Positions 1-9,317 of a stretch of 64,000 nucleotides of DNA are shown here, piece after piece. The notes below the pieces were generated by a model that searched no databases, was not told the DNA's origin, and worked only from the letters and a program-made list of their open reading frames with translations. The first letter of the stretch is position 1, and every line of letters begins with the position of its first letter. A program made the position numbers and the translations under genes. This stretch comes from Mycobacteriales bacterium (GTDB taxonomy: Bacteria; Actinomycetota; Actinomycetes; JAFAQI01), in assembly GCA_035547515.1 (NCBI GenBank), contig DASZUS010000045.1, positions 171,291-235,290 of the forward strand, read 5' to 3'.

Positions 1-537
1 GTGCAGCTGTTCCTCAGCAAGTACTTCGGCTGGATCCCGCTGTTCGCCAACCCGAACAACCAGGCCAGCATCTTCAGCAAGTCGATCTTCGGCGCGGCGC
101 TCGTCCTTGCCATCATGGTGCTTCCGATCGTCGCCGCGGTCAGCCGCGAGGTGCTCCGGCAGGTGGACCCGGCGCAGAAGGAAGCCGCGCTTGCCCTCGG
201 CGCCACGCGCTGGGAGATGATCCGCACCTCCGTGCTGCCGCCGAGCCGCGCCGGGATCGTCAGTGCCGCGATGCTGGGCCTGGGCCGAGCGCTCGGCGAG
301 ACGATCGCAGTCGCGCTGGTCATCGGCGTCAGCTTCAAGATCAGCCCGCACATCTTGGTGCCCGGCGGCAACACGATCGCGGCGAACATCGCCAACTCCT
401 TCGGCGACGCCGACTCGCTGGGGAGGTCGGCACTGATCGCCAGCGGGCTCGTGCTGTTCGTTGTCACGCTCGCTGTGAACCTCGTCGCCCGGTACGTGAT
501 CCTGCGGTCCGGCACGGAGGAGCGCAGCGCCCTATGA
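1..537 (+). CDS. pstC: Phosphate ABC transporter permease PstC (5'-truncated by window start)
   Basis: C-terminal permease domain with EAA-like loop; followed by pstA and pstB in canonical order. Confidence 0.85.
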   Translation: MQLFLSKYFGWIPLFANPNNQASIFSKSIFGAALVLAIMVLPIVAAVSREVLRQVDPAQKEAALALGATRWEMIRTSVLPPSRAGIVSAAMLGLGRALGETIAVALVIGVSFKISPHILVPGGNTIAANIANSFGDADSLGRSALIASGLVLFVVTLAVNLVARYVILRSGTEERSAL

Positions 538-574
538 GCCAGCACATCCGGTTACCCGACCTCGAGACAAAGCC

Positions 575-1627
575 ATGAGCTCCGCCACGACCGTGTTGCG
601 CAACCAGGGCATCCGCCAGGCCTCCCTGCCGGTATGGGCACCGGCCGCCACGACCGTCGGCGCGGTGCTCGTGACTCTGCTGCTGTTCGCGACGACGGGC
701 TTTCAGGGCGACGCCGACTTCCTCGTGGTGGCCGTCGTCATCTCCGTCCTGGCGGTCTCCGGCCTCAGCTGGGTGGTCGAGGGGCGCCGGCGCGCGATCG
801 ACCGGATCGCCACGAACCTCGCGCTGGTCTGCCTCATGCTGACGCTCATCCCACTGGGCTTCGTCGTGGGCTACGTGATCAAACGCGGCCATACCGCGTT
901 CGGGTGGAGCTTCCTCACCCACGACCTGAGCACGACCGGCCCGCTGCAGGCAGGTGGCGGCGTCGGCCACGCCATCCTCGGCACCCTTGAGCAGGTGCTG
1001 ATCGCGAGCATCTTCTCGGTGCCGATCGGGATCATGGTCGCGATCTACATCACCGAGTACGGAGGGCGCCGCCTCACGACTGCGGTGCGCTTCCTCGTCG
1101 ACGTCATGACCGGCATCCCCTCGATCGTCGCCGGCCTGTTCGTCCTGTCGTTCTGGATCTTCGTCCTGCATCAGGGCTTCTCGGGCTTCGCTGGAGCGCT
1201 GGCGCTCGCGATCATCGAGCTGCCGATCATCGTCCGGACCTCCGAGGAGATGATCAAGCTGGTCCCCGCGTCGCTCCGCGAGGCGTCGTACGCCCTCGGC
1301 ATCCCGAAGTGGCGGACCACGCTTCGAGTGGTGCTGCCGACGGCGTCGACCGGCATCACCACCGGGGTGATGCTCGCCATCGCCCGGGTCATCGGCGAGA
1401 CGGCGCCCGTCCTGTTGGTGGTGGGCAGCAGCAACTACTTTCACAACAACCCGTTCCAGGGGTCCCAGGCCTCGATCGGGGCCTACATCTTCCAGAACGC
1501 GACCTCGCCGTCGAACTTCAGCGTCCAGCGCGCTTGGGCGGCCGCGTTGACGCTGATACTGATCGTGCTGGTCCTCTACGTCGCGGCGCGGCTACTCACC
1601 CGTCGTAACAACCTGGCCCGGAGGTAG
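575..1627 (+). CDS. pstA: Phosphate ABC transporter permease PstA
   Basis: 350-aa multi-TM permease between pstC and pstB; stop overlaps GTG start of pstB. Confidence 0.88.
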   Translation: MSSATTVLRNQGIRQASLPVWAPAATTVGAVLVTLLLFATTGFQGDADFLVVAVVISVLAVSGLSWVVEGRRRAIDRIATNLALVCLMLTLIPLGFVVGYVIKRGHTAFGWSFLTHDLSTTGPLQAGGGVGHAILGTLEQVLIASIFSVPIGIMVAIYITEYGGRRLTTAVRFLVDVMTGIPSIVAGLFVLSFWIFVLHQGFSGFAGALALAIIELPIIVRTSEEMIKLVPASLREASYALGIPKWRTTLRVVLPTASTGITTGVMLAIARVIGETAPVLLVVGSSNYFHNNPFQGSQASIGAYIFQNATSPSNFSVQRAWAAALTLILIVLVLYVAARLLTRRNNLARR

Positions 1628-2409
1628 TGACGGTGGCAAAGCGGATCGAGACGATCGGGCTGTCGTGCTTCTACGGCAACACCAAGGCGGTCGACGACGT
1701 GAGCCTGGTGATCGAGCCCAAGAGCGTGACCGCCTTCATCGGTCCGAGCGGGTGCGGCAAGTCGACCTTCCTGCGCTCCCTCAACCGGATGCACGAGGTG
1801 ATCCCCAACGCCTCGATCCAGGGCAAGGTGCTGCTCGACGACGAGGACATCTACGGGCCGGGCATCGACGCCGCCGCCGTACGCCGCACGATCGGCATGG
1901 TGTTCCAGAAACCGAACCCGTTCCCGACGATGTCGATCTTCGACAACGTCGCCGCGGGGCTGAAACTGAACGGCGTCCGTAAGAAGTCCGAGCTCGACGA
2001 CGCAGTCGAGCGGTCGCTGCGCGGCGCCAACCTCTGGGAAGAGGTCAAAGACCGGCTCGGCAAGTCCGGGTCAGGCCTGTCGGGCGGTCAGCAGCAGCGG
2101 CTCTGCATCGCGCGTGCCATCGCGGTCGAGCCCCAGGTTCTGCTGATGGACGAGCCGTGCAGCGCCCTCGACCCGATCTCCACGCTGGCCATCGAGGATC
2201 TGATCGCGCAGCTCAAGGACCGCTTCACCATCGTCATCGTCACCCACAACATGCAGCAGGCCGCCCGGGTCTCGGACGTCACGGCGTTCTTCACGCTGCA
2301 AGGACCGGGTCAGCCCGGCCATCTCGTCGAGGTCGACGCTACCCAGAAGATCTTCACCAACCCGACGCAGAAGCGCACCGAGGACTACATCACCGGCCGC
2401 TTCGGTTAG
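1627..2409 (+). CDS. pstB: Phosphate ABC transporter ATP-binding protein PstB
   Basis: Walker [13 protein letters not shown] signature LSGGQQQR, 260 aa typical of PstB; GTG start overlapping pstA stop. Confidence 0.92.
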   Translation: MTVAKRIETIGLSCFYGNTKAVDDVSLVIEPKSVTAFIGPSGCGKSTFLRSLNRMHEVIPNASIQGKVLLDDEDIYGPGIDAAAVRRTIGMVFQKPNPFPTMSIFDNVAAGLKLNGVRKKSELDDAVERSLRGANLWEEVKDRLGKSGSGLSGGQQQRLCIARAIAVEPQVLLMDEPCSALDPISTLAIEDLIAQLKDRFTIVIVTHNMQQAARVSDVTAFFTLQGPGQPGHLVEVDATQKIFTNPTQKRTEDYITGRFG

Positions 2410-2437
2410 CCGGGCACCTGCGGCGCAGACTGGACAT

Positions 2438-2734
2438 GTGCGCAGGACTGACGATGAGGCCTTTGTCGTCACGTCGGCGGCTCAAAGCCCGGCCGAGGAA
2501 CGGCGGTCACGTGAGCGCCGCTACCTGTTCACAATGGGGCTGCGCGTGGTGTGCATCATCGCGGCGATCGCATTCGCCCGCGTCTCGTGGATCGTCGCCG
2601 GTATCGCGATCGCGGGATCTGTGGTGCTGCCGTGGGTCGCGGTGATCGCGGCCAACGCGCCCAGGCTCGGCAGGCGCAGCCGGATGGCCGCCCGCTACGA
2701 GGGCAAGCCCCGCGAGGAGCTAGGCCAGCGCTAG
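2438..2734 (+). CDS. Small membrane protein (DUF3099-like)
   Basis: 98 aa, two predicted TM helices, basic N- and C-terminal ends; position after pstB typical in actinobacteria. Confidence 0.5.
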   Translation: MRRTDDEAFVVTSAAQSPAEERRSRERRYLFTMGLRVVCIIAAIAFARVSWIVAGIAIAGSVVLPWVAVIAANAPRLGRRSRMAARYEGKPREELGQR

Positions 2735-2911
2735 CGCGACGCCGCCGGCGATGAGGACGAGCAAGACGCCGAGGAGGATCTCCAGCCACAGGGTGAGGTC
2801 GACACCGGGCAGCACCCGCGTGCCGAGATCGACGTCATCGAAGTGGTTCATGACTCCATCGTGCCTGATAGGTTTTCCCTTTGCTAGCAACGAGAACGTG
2901 ACGTTCGTCAA
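2720..2911 (-). CDS. Hypothetical small membrane protein
   Basis: 63-aa ORF with C-terminal hydrophobic helix; weak support. Confidence 0.25.
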   Translation of the reverse strand: MTNVTFSLLAKGKPIRHDGVMNHFDDVDLGTRVLPGVDLTLWLEILLGVLLVLIAGGVALALA

Positions 2912-2942
2912 TCTCGGGTGACGCTCGTCACAGCGACGGCGG

Positions 2943-3935
2943 CTATCCCACGAAGAGATGGACGATCTTGAACACGGCCGCCGCGGTCAGCCCTGCCGCA
3001 GGCAGCGTCAGGAGCCACGCGACCAGGATGTTGCCGGCGACTCCCCAGCGCACCGCTGAAAGCTTCCGGGTGGCCCCCACCCCCATGACGGCGGACGTGG
3101 TGACGTGCGTCGTCGACACCGGCGCGGCGTAGGCGTAGGCGGTCGTCATAAGAACCGCCGAGGCCACGGTTTGCGCTGCGAACCCCGCGGTGTTGTCGAG
3201 CTTGAAGACGCGACGCCCGAGCGTGCGCATGATCCGCCAGCCGCCCGACGCAGTGCCCGCGCTGATCGCGAGGGCACAGGCGATCTTGACCCACAGCGGG
3301 ACCGAGAACGCCGAGAGGTGGTGGGTGACGACTAGCGCGAGTGTGATCACGCCCATCGTCTTCTGCGCGTCCTGGAGCCCGTGGCCGAACGACATCGCGG
3401 CCGAGCCGAGCCACTGGCCCATCCGGAAGCCGACGTTGGCGTCGCGGGGGTTCGCACCTCGGAACACCCACAGCAGCGCCAGCATGAACAGGAAGCCGAG
3501 GCCGAAGCCGACCAGCGGTGAGGCGATCATCGGGATGATCACCTTCTCGACTACGGCGTGCCAGTTCACGTGCCCGCTCGACGCCAGGGCGGCGCCGCAC
3601 AGCCCGCCGATCAGCGCGTGTGAAGAAGATGACGGCAGGCCGAACCACCATGTGACGAGATTCCACGTGATCGCGCCGACCACCGCGGCGAAGACGATCA
3701 CGAGCCCTTCGCTCGTCGCTGGGGCGGTGATGATGCTCCCGACCGTGTTGGCGACCTTGGTCGACACGAGGGCGCCGATGAGGTTGAACACGGCCGCGAG
3801 CAGCAGCGCCGTACGAGGACTCAGCGCCCGTGTGGACACCGACGCCGCAATCGCGTTCGCCGCGTCGTGGAAGCCGTTGGTGTAGTCGAACCCGAGGGCG
3901 ACCACGATCAGGACGACGAGTCCTACCGTCTCCAC
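2943..3935 (-). CDS. pitA: Inorganic phosphate transporter, PiT family
   Basis: N-terminal GFHDAANAIA motif and multi-TM profile characteristic of the PHO4/PiT family. Confidence 0.9.
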   Translation of the reverse strand: METVGLVVLIVVALGFDYTNGFHDAANAIAASVSTRALSPRTALLLAAVFNLIGALVSTKVANTVGSIITAPATSEGLVIVFAAVVGAITWNLVTWWFGLPSSSSHALIGGLCGAALASSGHVNWHAVVEKVIIPMIASPLVGFGLGFLFMLALLWVFRGANPRDANVGFRMGQWLGSAAMSFGHGLQDAQKTMGVITLALVVTHHLSAFSVPLWVKIACALAISAGTASGGWRIMRTLGRRVFKLDNTAGFAAQTVASAVLMTTAYAYAAPVSTTHVTTSAVMGVGATRKLSAVRWGVAGNILVAWLLTLPAAGLTAAAVFKIVHLFVG

Positions 3936-3950
3936 AGCTGTCGCTTCGCC

Positions 3951-4580
3951 TCAGGACTCTTTGACAGCGATCGACTCGACCGTGTCAGCGACGTGCTCCA
4001 GCGCGTCTGCGGCCTCCTCGAGCTGCTCGGCGATCTCCTTCAGCTTCATGACGGTCAGCGCCTCGTAGTCACCGCTGAACAGCCTCGCGACGAATCTGCG
4101 AAACAGCTTGTCCGCGTCGTTCTCGAGCCGGTTGATCTCGATCCAGTAGTCGCTGAGGTTCGACAGCGACTTCAACCGGGTCATGGCGCCGGCCGTGAGC
4201 TCGGCGCCGCGCACGAGAATCTCGCACAAGTGGTGCATCTCGATCGGCAGGACCTCGAGGTCGTACAAGATCACCAGGTCGCCGGCCGCCTCGAAGTAGT
4301 CCATGACGTCATCGAGGCGGCTGGCGAGGCGATAGATGTCCTCGCGGTCCAACGGCGTGACGAAGGTCGAGTTGACCTTGCGCATGATCTCGTGGGTACG
4401 GTCGTCGCCCCGGTGCTCGAGGTCGCGAAGCCGCTGGGCGTGCTCGTTGCGCTCCAAGTAGCTGCCGGTCACGAGGTCGTTAAGCGCCTGCGCACCGTCG
4501 AGCAGGTTGGCACCGACGGCGGTGAACAGGTCGTAGAAGGCGTTCTCACGTGGCGTGAGTCGAAGGCGCACGTGCATCAC
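3951..4580 (-). CDS. DUF47 (PhoU-like) Pit accessory protein
   Basis: 209-aa helical protein immediately upstream of pitA on the same strand; matches the conserved DUF47-Pit pairing. Confidence 0.82.
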   Translation of the reverse strand: MMHVRLRLTPRENAFYDLFTAVGANLLDGAQALNDLVTGSYLERNEHAQRLRDLEHRGDDRTHEIMRKVNSTFVTPLDREDIYRLASRLDDVMDYFEAAGDLVILYDLEVLPIEMHHLCEILVRGAELTAGAMTRLKSLSNLSDYWIEINRLENDADKLFRRFVARLFSGDYEALTVMKLKEIAEQLEEAADALEHVADTVESIAVKES

Positions 4581-4617
4581 CCTAGGGCGCAGGTGAACGC
4601 CGGATGAACAACCCCCG

Positions 4618-5205
4618 CTAGGCCGAGCCGAAGCCCGCGACGAGAAGCGCGGTCAGTTCCTCGACGACGGTCGCCCTCGGCACCTCCGGGTGGTCCAGCC
4701 ACCAGTCCCCGGCGCCCTGCACCATGCCGGCGATCCCGTGCGCCCACACGACGGCGCGAGCCTCGCTGATGCCGCTGAGCGCGGGCTCGTTGCGGATGCC
4801 TTCCGCGAGTTCGTCGCCGAACCGGCGTACGAAGCCCTCGACATCGCCGCGCACCGCGGGCTCCTCGACCGCCGCGCGCTGGACGAGGAAGCGGTAGATC
4901 TGCGGCTGCTCCTCGATCGAGGCGAGATAGGCGTCGACCGTCGCGCGGGTGCGGGCGGCAAGACCGCCATGGGTCAGCAGCGCCTCGCGCAGCCGGGCGA
5001 GCAGATCCTCGATGTGGCGCGCAGCGAGCGCGCGGTAGAGCCCGCCTTTGTCGCCGAAGTGCCGATAGAGGATGGGCTTGGTGATGCCGGCCTCGGCCGC
5101 GATGACGTTCATCGTGGCCGCGCTCCCCTCGCGCCTCACCACTCGGTCCGCGGCCTCGAGCAGGCCCGCGCGACGGTCGACGACAGACGACGTCATCGCG
5201 CTCAC
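4618..5205 (-). CDS. TetR family transcriptional regulator
   Basis: N-terminal HTH (AAEAGITKPILYRHFGDKGGLY); divergent from the acyl-CoA dehydrogenase gene. Confidence 0.85.
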   Translation of the reverse strand: MSAMTSSVVDRRAGLLEAADRVVRREGSAATMNVIAAEAGITKPILYRHFGDKGGLYRALAARHIEDLLARLREALLTHGGLAARTRATVDAYLASIEEQPQIYRFLVQRAAVEEPAVRGDVEGFVRRFGDELAEGIRNEPALSGISEARAVVWAHGIAGMVQGAGDWWLDHPEVPRATVVEELTALLVAGFGSA

Positions 5206-5259
5206 CCCACCCTCGTACTGCTCGTTACTTGCTACTTGACACGATGTCGATTTGACACC

Positions 5260-5278
5260 GTGTTACCGCCGGTAACAC
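5260..5278. promoter_or_regulatory. Palindromic candidate TetR operator (GTGTTACCG-C-CGGTAACAC) in the TetR/acyl-CoA dehydrogenase divergent intergenic region
   Basis: Perfect 9-bp inverted repeat with 1-nt spacer; preceded by two TTGACAC direct repeats at 5236 and 5252. Confidence 0.4.
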
Positions 5279-5287
5279 CATAGCGGT

Positions 5288-6508
5288 ATGGCTGACGCTT
5301 CCTTTTCGCTCGACCTCAACGAGGACCAGCTCACCCTCCAGAAGTGGCTGCACGACTTCGCCGCCGAGGTGATCCGCCCCGCCGCGGCGGAGTGGGACGA
5401 GCGCGAGGAGACGCCCTGGCCGATCATCCAGGAGGCCGCCAAGGTCGGCATCTACTCCGTCGACTTCATGGCTCAGCAGTGGTTCGACGACAGCGGGCTC
5501 GGGATGGTCATCGCCCAGGAGGAGCTGTTCTGGGGGGACGCCGGCATCGCGCTGTCGATCATGGGCACCGGCCTTGCCGCCGCGGCGGTGAGCGCGAACG
5601 GCACCCAGGAGCAGATCGGCGAGTTCGTCCCGGCGATGTACGGAACGCCCGACGATGTGAAGCTCGGCGCGTTCTGCTCCTCCGAGCCGGATGCCGGAAG
5701 TGACGTCGGCGCGATGAAGACCCGCGCCGTCTGGGACGAAGCCGCCGGCGAGTGGGTCATCAACGGCACGAAGACCTGGGCCACCAACGGCGGCATCGCC
5801 GACTGGCACGTCATCGTCGCCTCGGTCGACCCGGAGCTCGGCACGCGCGGCCACGCGTCGTTCGTCGTACCGCCCGGCACGCCGGGCCTCAGCCAGGGCC
5901 AGAAGTTCAAGAAGCACGGCATCCGCGCCTCGCACACGGCGGAGGTCGTGCTCGACAACGTCCGGCTGCCGGAGAAGTACCTGCTCGGGGGCAAGGAGAA
6001 GCTCGACGCCCGGCTGGCGCGGGTCCGCGAGGGTCTGCGGGCCGGTGTACAGCCGTCGATGGCGACCTTCGAGCGGACCCGGCCGACGGTGGGCGCGCAG
6101 GCAGTGGGCATCGCCCGCGCGGCATACGAGGTGGCGTTGGACTACGCGAAGCAGCGCGAGCAGTTCGGCCGCCCGATCATCGAGAACCAGGGCATCGCGT
6201 TCAAGCTCGCCGACATGAAGACCCGCATCGACGCCTCACGGCTGCTGGTGTGGCGTGCCGCGTGGATGGCGCGCCAGGGCAAGACCTTCTCCGCGGCCGA
6301 AGGCTCGCAGTGCAAGCTGTTCGCCGGCGAGACCGCGGTGTGGGTGACCGAGCAGGCTATCCAGATCCTTGGCGGCAACGGTTTCACCCGCGAGTACCCG
6401 GTGGAGCGGATGCACCGCGACGCGAAGATCTACACGATCTTCGAGGGCACGTCCGAGATCCAGCGCCTGGTCATCGCGCGCGCGATCAGCGGCGTCCACA
6501 TCAAGTAG
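5288..6508 (+). CDS. Acyl-CoA dehydrogenase
   Basis: 406 aa with ACAD N-terminal, middle and C-terminal domain hallmarks (e.g. [20 protein letters not shown]). Confidence 0.9.
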   Translation: MADASFSLDLNEDQLTLQKWLHDFAAEVIRPAAAEWDEREETPWPIIQEAAKVGIYSVDFMAQQWFDDSGLGMVIAQEELFWGDAGIALSIMGTGLAAAAVSANGTQEQIGEFVPAMYGTPDDVKLGAFCSSEPDAGSDVGAMKTRAVWDEAAGEWVINGTKTWATNGGIADWHVIVASVDPELGTRGHASFVVPPGTPGLSQGQKFKKHGIRASHTAEVVLDNVRLPEKYLLGGKEKLDARLARVREGLRAGVQPSMATFERTRPTVGAQAVGIARAAYEVALDYAKQREQFGRPIIENQGIAFKLADMKTRIDASRLLVWRAAWMARQGKTFSAAEGSQCKLFAGETAVWVTEQAIQILGGNGFTREYPVERMHRDAKIYTIFEGTSEIQRLVIARAISGVHIK

Positions 6509-6516
6509 CAGCGGCG

Positions 6517-7149
6517 CTATTCGAGCCGGCTGGGTGCCCCGACCCACGCCTTGCGGATGCTCGCCCAGCCGGTGATCTTGAACCGGAACCGGCCGGTGTT
6601 CCTCGCGACCCGGATCCGCCAGACCGGACCGCTCTTGTCGATGGGACCGACCAGGACGGTGCGGAAGTCGTTGTAGCTGTAGTGGATCTTCTGGCCGTGC
6701 ACGACGCCGAAAGTCCCGGGGATCAGGGTGGTCCGCTCGCCGTTGGCGAGCAGCAACCCCCATGGCAGGCCTGCGGGCTTGCCCAGACCGCCTGACCTCA
6801 CGAAGCGCGCGACCCTCAGCTGGGTGACCGTCTTGTCGTACGGCGCGGCAAGACAGAGCACGTCGGGCTTGTTCGCGCTCACCCAACAGGGGTCGTAGCC
6901 GAACCGGACATGGCAGCTGTAGGCGTTGCCGGTGACCGACGAGCGCGGCCGGCAGGTGGCCCCGCTGAGCCGGTGCGCGACCCGGTAGCCGGTCGCGAGG
7001 TAGCCGCCGGGGCCGATCGGGCTGACCTCCTCGACGACCGTCGCGCGAGCACCGCTGTCCGGGTCGGCCGCGGCCCCACCGGGTGCCGCGGCAATCAACG
7101 AGCACAGGCCCACCAGCACGGCGAGAGTCGTCGCGAGTCGTCCAGTCAC
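6517..7149 (-). CDS. Secreted hypothetical protein (signal peptide; GTG start at 7149)
   Basis: GTG start followed by a hydrophobic signal sequence (TTLAVLVGLCSLIAAAPGGAAA); the longer ORF extension overlaps glpD and is rejected. Confidence 0.5.
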   Translation of the reverse strand: MTGRLATTLAVLVGLCSLIAAAPGGAAADPDSGARATVVEEVSPIGPGGYLATGYRVAHRLSGATCRPRSSVTGNAYSCHVRFGYDPCWVSANKPDVLCLAAPYDKTVTQLRVARFVRSGGLGKPAGLPWGLLLANGERTTLIPGTFGVVHGQKIHYSYNDFRTVLVGPIDKSGPVWRIRVARNTGRFRFKITGWASIRKAWVGAPSRLE

Positions 7150-7180
7150 CCCCACACCCTGCCAGACCGCCAGCCTGTCG

Positions 7181-8689
7181 CTAGCCGATGCCCGCGGCGA
7201 CCTCCTCGACGTAGGGCAGCGCGTCGGCACGCCAAGCGGGCACCAAGTCGAGCCGGAGGCGACGGTCGAGGATGTCCTCGGCAGTGATCGCGCCCTCGGC
7301 GCGGACCGCCCAGGCCACCTCGCAGCGCAACGCCGGCAGGCCTGGGGCAATCGGCTCCTGACCGGCCAAGGCGCCCACCGCGGCGGCCTCGGAACCGAAG
7401 CGGCGCTGCAGCCTGCCGGCATCGGCCCCGGGACGGCCGGCCGCTCCGACCAGCGGCAGCTCCGCGGTACGGCAGCGGTCGCCTCGGCCCAGCATCGCGG
7501 CCGCCCGGTCGACGGCGTCCTGCGCCATGCGCCGGTAGGTGGTCAGCTTGCCGCCGACGATCACCAGCACGCCGTCACGATCCAACAGTGCGTGCCGGCG
7601 GGAGATGTCCGCGGTGTCACCGTCGGCGCTCCCCAGCAACGGCCGCAGCCCGGCGTACCGACCGATCACGTCGTCGCTGGACAGCGGCCGGGCCAGCCCG
7701 GTCGAGAGCATCTCGAGCAGGAAGCGCTCGTCGTTGGCATTGACCGTGGGCTCGTCCTCGACAGTGTCGACCGGATCGTCGGTGAGACCGACGAGGACCG
7801 TGCCGTCAGGTCGAGGGCAGGCGAAGACGAAGCGGTTGATGCTGCCCGGCAGCAAGACGTTGAAGGCCGCGGTCGGGTTTCCCAGGGCCTCGGCCGGAAG
7901 CACGAGGTGAGCGCCTTTGCTCGGCCGCATCGGCACGTCGGGGAGCAGTCCGCCCGACCACACGCCCGCGGCCACGATCACGGTACGGGCGTTGACCTGC
8001 GCCGTCGTACCGGTGAGCTCGTCGCGGACGACTGCCCCGTCACGGCCGATCTCGGTGGCGGCGCAGTGGGTGACGATGCGAGCGCCGAACCCGGCGGCGG
8101 TGCGGGCGATCGTCACCACGAGCCGCGCGTCGTCCTCGAGGGCGCCGTCGACGTGGACGTACGAGCCCTTCACCTTCCCGACCATCGGGATCGCGTCACG
8201 CGTCTCGGCCTCGTCGATCCAGGTCGTCGCAGGCATCCAGCTCGGGGTCCTCGACGCGGCCCGCAAGCCATCGGCGATGCCCAGCAGGACCCGGGAGACG
8301 GCGCGCCCACCACGCGGGTACGACGGGTAGAAGGGCAGCAGGAACGGCATCGGGCGGATCAGGTGCGGGGCGATCACCGTCGCGAGCCGGTTGCGCTCGA
8401 CTGCGGACTCCCATGCGACGCCGATCTGGCCGGCCGCGATGTAGCGCAGCCCGCCGTGGGCCAGCTTGCTGGACCAGCGGCTCGTCCCGGCAGCGAGATC
8501 GCGGCGCTCGACGAGGGCGACCGACAAGCCGCGGCTGGCCGCGTCGAGGGCGACACCGGCACCCGTCACGCCGCCGCCGACGACGAGTACGTCGACGACC
8601 TCACCCGCAGCCAGTGCGTCGAGATCGCGCTGCCGCCGCTCGGCGGTGAGGTAGGTGTCGCCGGGGATCGTGCTCACGGCCGCAACCAT
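7181..8689 (-). CDS. glpD: Glycerol-3-phosphate dehydrogenase (FAD-dependent)
   Basis: FAD-binding GGGVTGAG motif, ~500 aa; synteny glpD-TetR-FAD oxidase recalls the Mycobacterium Rv2249c-Rv2251 locus from memory. Confidence 0.9.
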   Translation of the reverse strand: MVAAVSTIPGDTYLTAERRQRDLDALAAGEVVDVLVVGGGVTGAGVALDAASRGLSVALVERRDLAAGTSRWSSKLAHGGLRYIAAGQIGVAWESAVERNRLATVIAPHLIRPMPFLLPFYPSYPRGGRAVSRVLLGIADGLRAASRTPSWMPATTWIDEAETRDAIPMVGKVKGSYVHVDGALEDDARLVVTIARTAAGFGARIVTHCAATEIGRDGAVVRDELTGTTAQVNARTVIVAAGVWSGGLLPDVPMRPSKGAHLVLPAEALGNPTAAFNVLLPGSINRFVFACPRPDGTVLVGLTDDPVDTVEDEPTVNANDERFLLEMLSTGLARPLSSDDVIGRYAGLRPLLGSADGDTADISRRHALLDRDGVLVIVGGKLTTYRRMAQDAVDRAAAMLGRGDRCRTAELPLVGAAGRPGADAGRLQRRFGSEAAAVGALAGQEPIAPGLPALRCEVAWAVRAEGAITAEDILDRRLRLDLVPAWRADALPYVEEVAAGIG

Positions 8690-9300
8690 CCGTCCAGGCC
8701 GACGCCGAGCTCATCGAGGGCTCGATCCCGTCCGACGTCGTCGAGCAACCGTGCAGACACGACGAACGGCAGCACCGCGACCAGGGCACTCGTCGCCATC
8801 ACCTCGGGGTCCCCTTTGCGGATCGAGCCGTCGCGATGACCGGCGGCGATCAGACCCTGCACGTGCTCGATGGCGAACCGCTGCGTCGAGCCGAGCCGCT
8901 CCGTCAGGTACGGCAGCAGCAGGTCGGGGTCGACGTCGATCACCCGCCGGAACAGCGGCTCCTCGGGCAGCCGCCGCGCGACGTCGACGGTCATCGCGAC
9001 CAGGCGACCGCGCGCGGTGCGTTTGCGGGCGGCGCGGGACTCGGCCTCGAGCAGCAGCGCGGCGAAGTCCCGGGTCATCACCGTCAGGATGAGCGTCTCC
9101 ACGTCGGGCACCATCCGGTAGAGCGTCATCCGGCTGACCCCTGCCCGGCGCGCGACGTCGGTCAGCGTCGTGCGCCGTACCCCGACGGCGAGCACCGAGT
9201 CGCGGACTGCCGAAGCGATCTCGACAGGAACCGGGCTTGTCGCCGCTCCGGACACCCAGCCCGGACGTGTCTCGGAGCTAGTGTGACGTTGTGACGTCAT
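8674..9300 (-). CDS. TetR family transcriptional regulator
   Basis: HTH (VARRAGVSRMTLYRMV) at the N-terminal end; divergent from the FAD-linked oxidase. Confidence 0.8.
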   Translation of the reverse strand: MTSQRHTSSETRPGWVSGAATSPVPVEIASAVRDSVLAVGVRRTTLTDVARRAGVSRMTLYRMVPDVETLILTVMTRDFAALLLEAESRAARKRTARGRLVAMTVDVARRLPEEPLFRRVIDVDPDLLLPYLTERLGSTQRFAIEHVQGLIAAGHRDGSIRKGDPEVMATSALVAVLPFVVSARLLDDVGRDRALDELGVGLDGWLRP

Positions 9301-9311
9301 ATGTCACACTG
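9279..9311. promoter_or_regulatory. Inverted repeat AGTGTGAC-N15-GTCACACT with embedded GTGACGTCA palindrome, spanning the TetR start codon
   Basis: Read directly in the 17-nt divergent intergenic region between the TetR (start 9300) and oxidase (start 9318) genes. Confidence 0.4.
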
Positions 9312-9317
9312 TAGCGC

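Noticed and set aside
464-1444. 326-aa minus-strand ORF
   Set aside because: Antisense to pstC and pstA, with an extreme Arg/Asp/Gly composition.
6517-7422. Long version (301 aa) of the secreted-protein ORF
   Set aside because: The upstream 90 codons overlap glpD's 3' end, are Arg/Pro-rich, and precede a GTG at 7149 that gives a proper signal peptide. The shorter gene was kept.
7592-8839. 415-aa plus-strand ORF
   Set aside because: Antisense to glpD, with no domain features.
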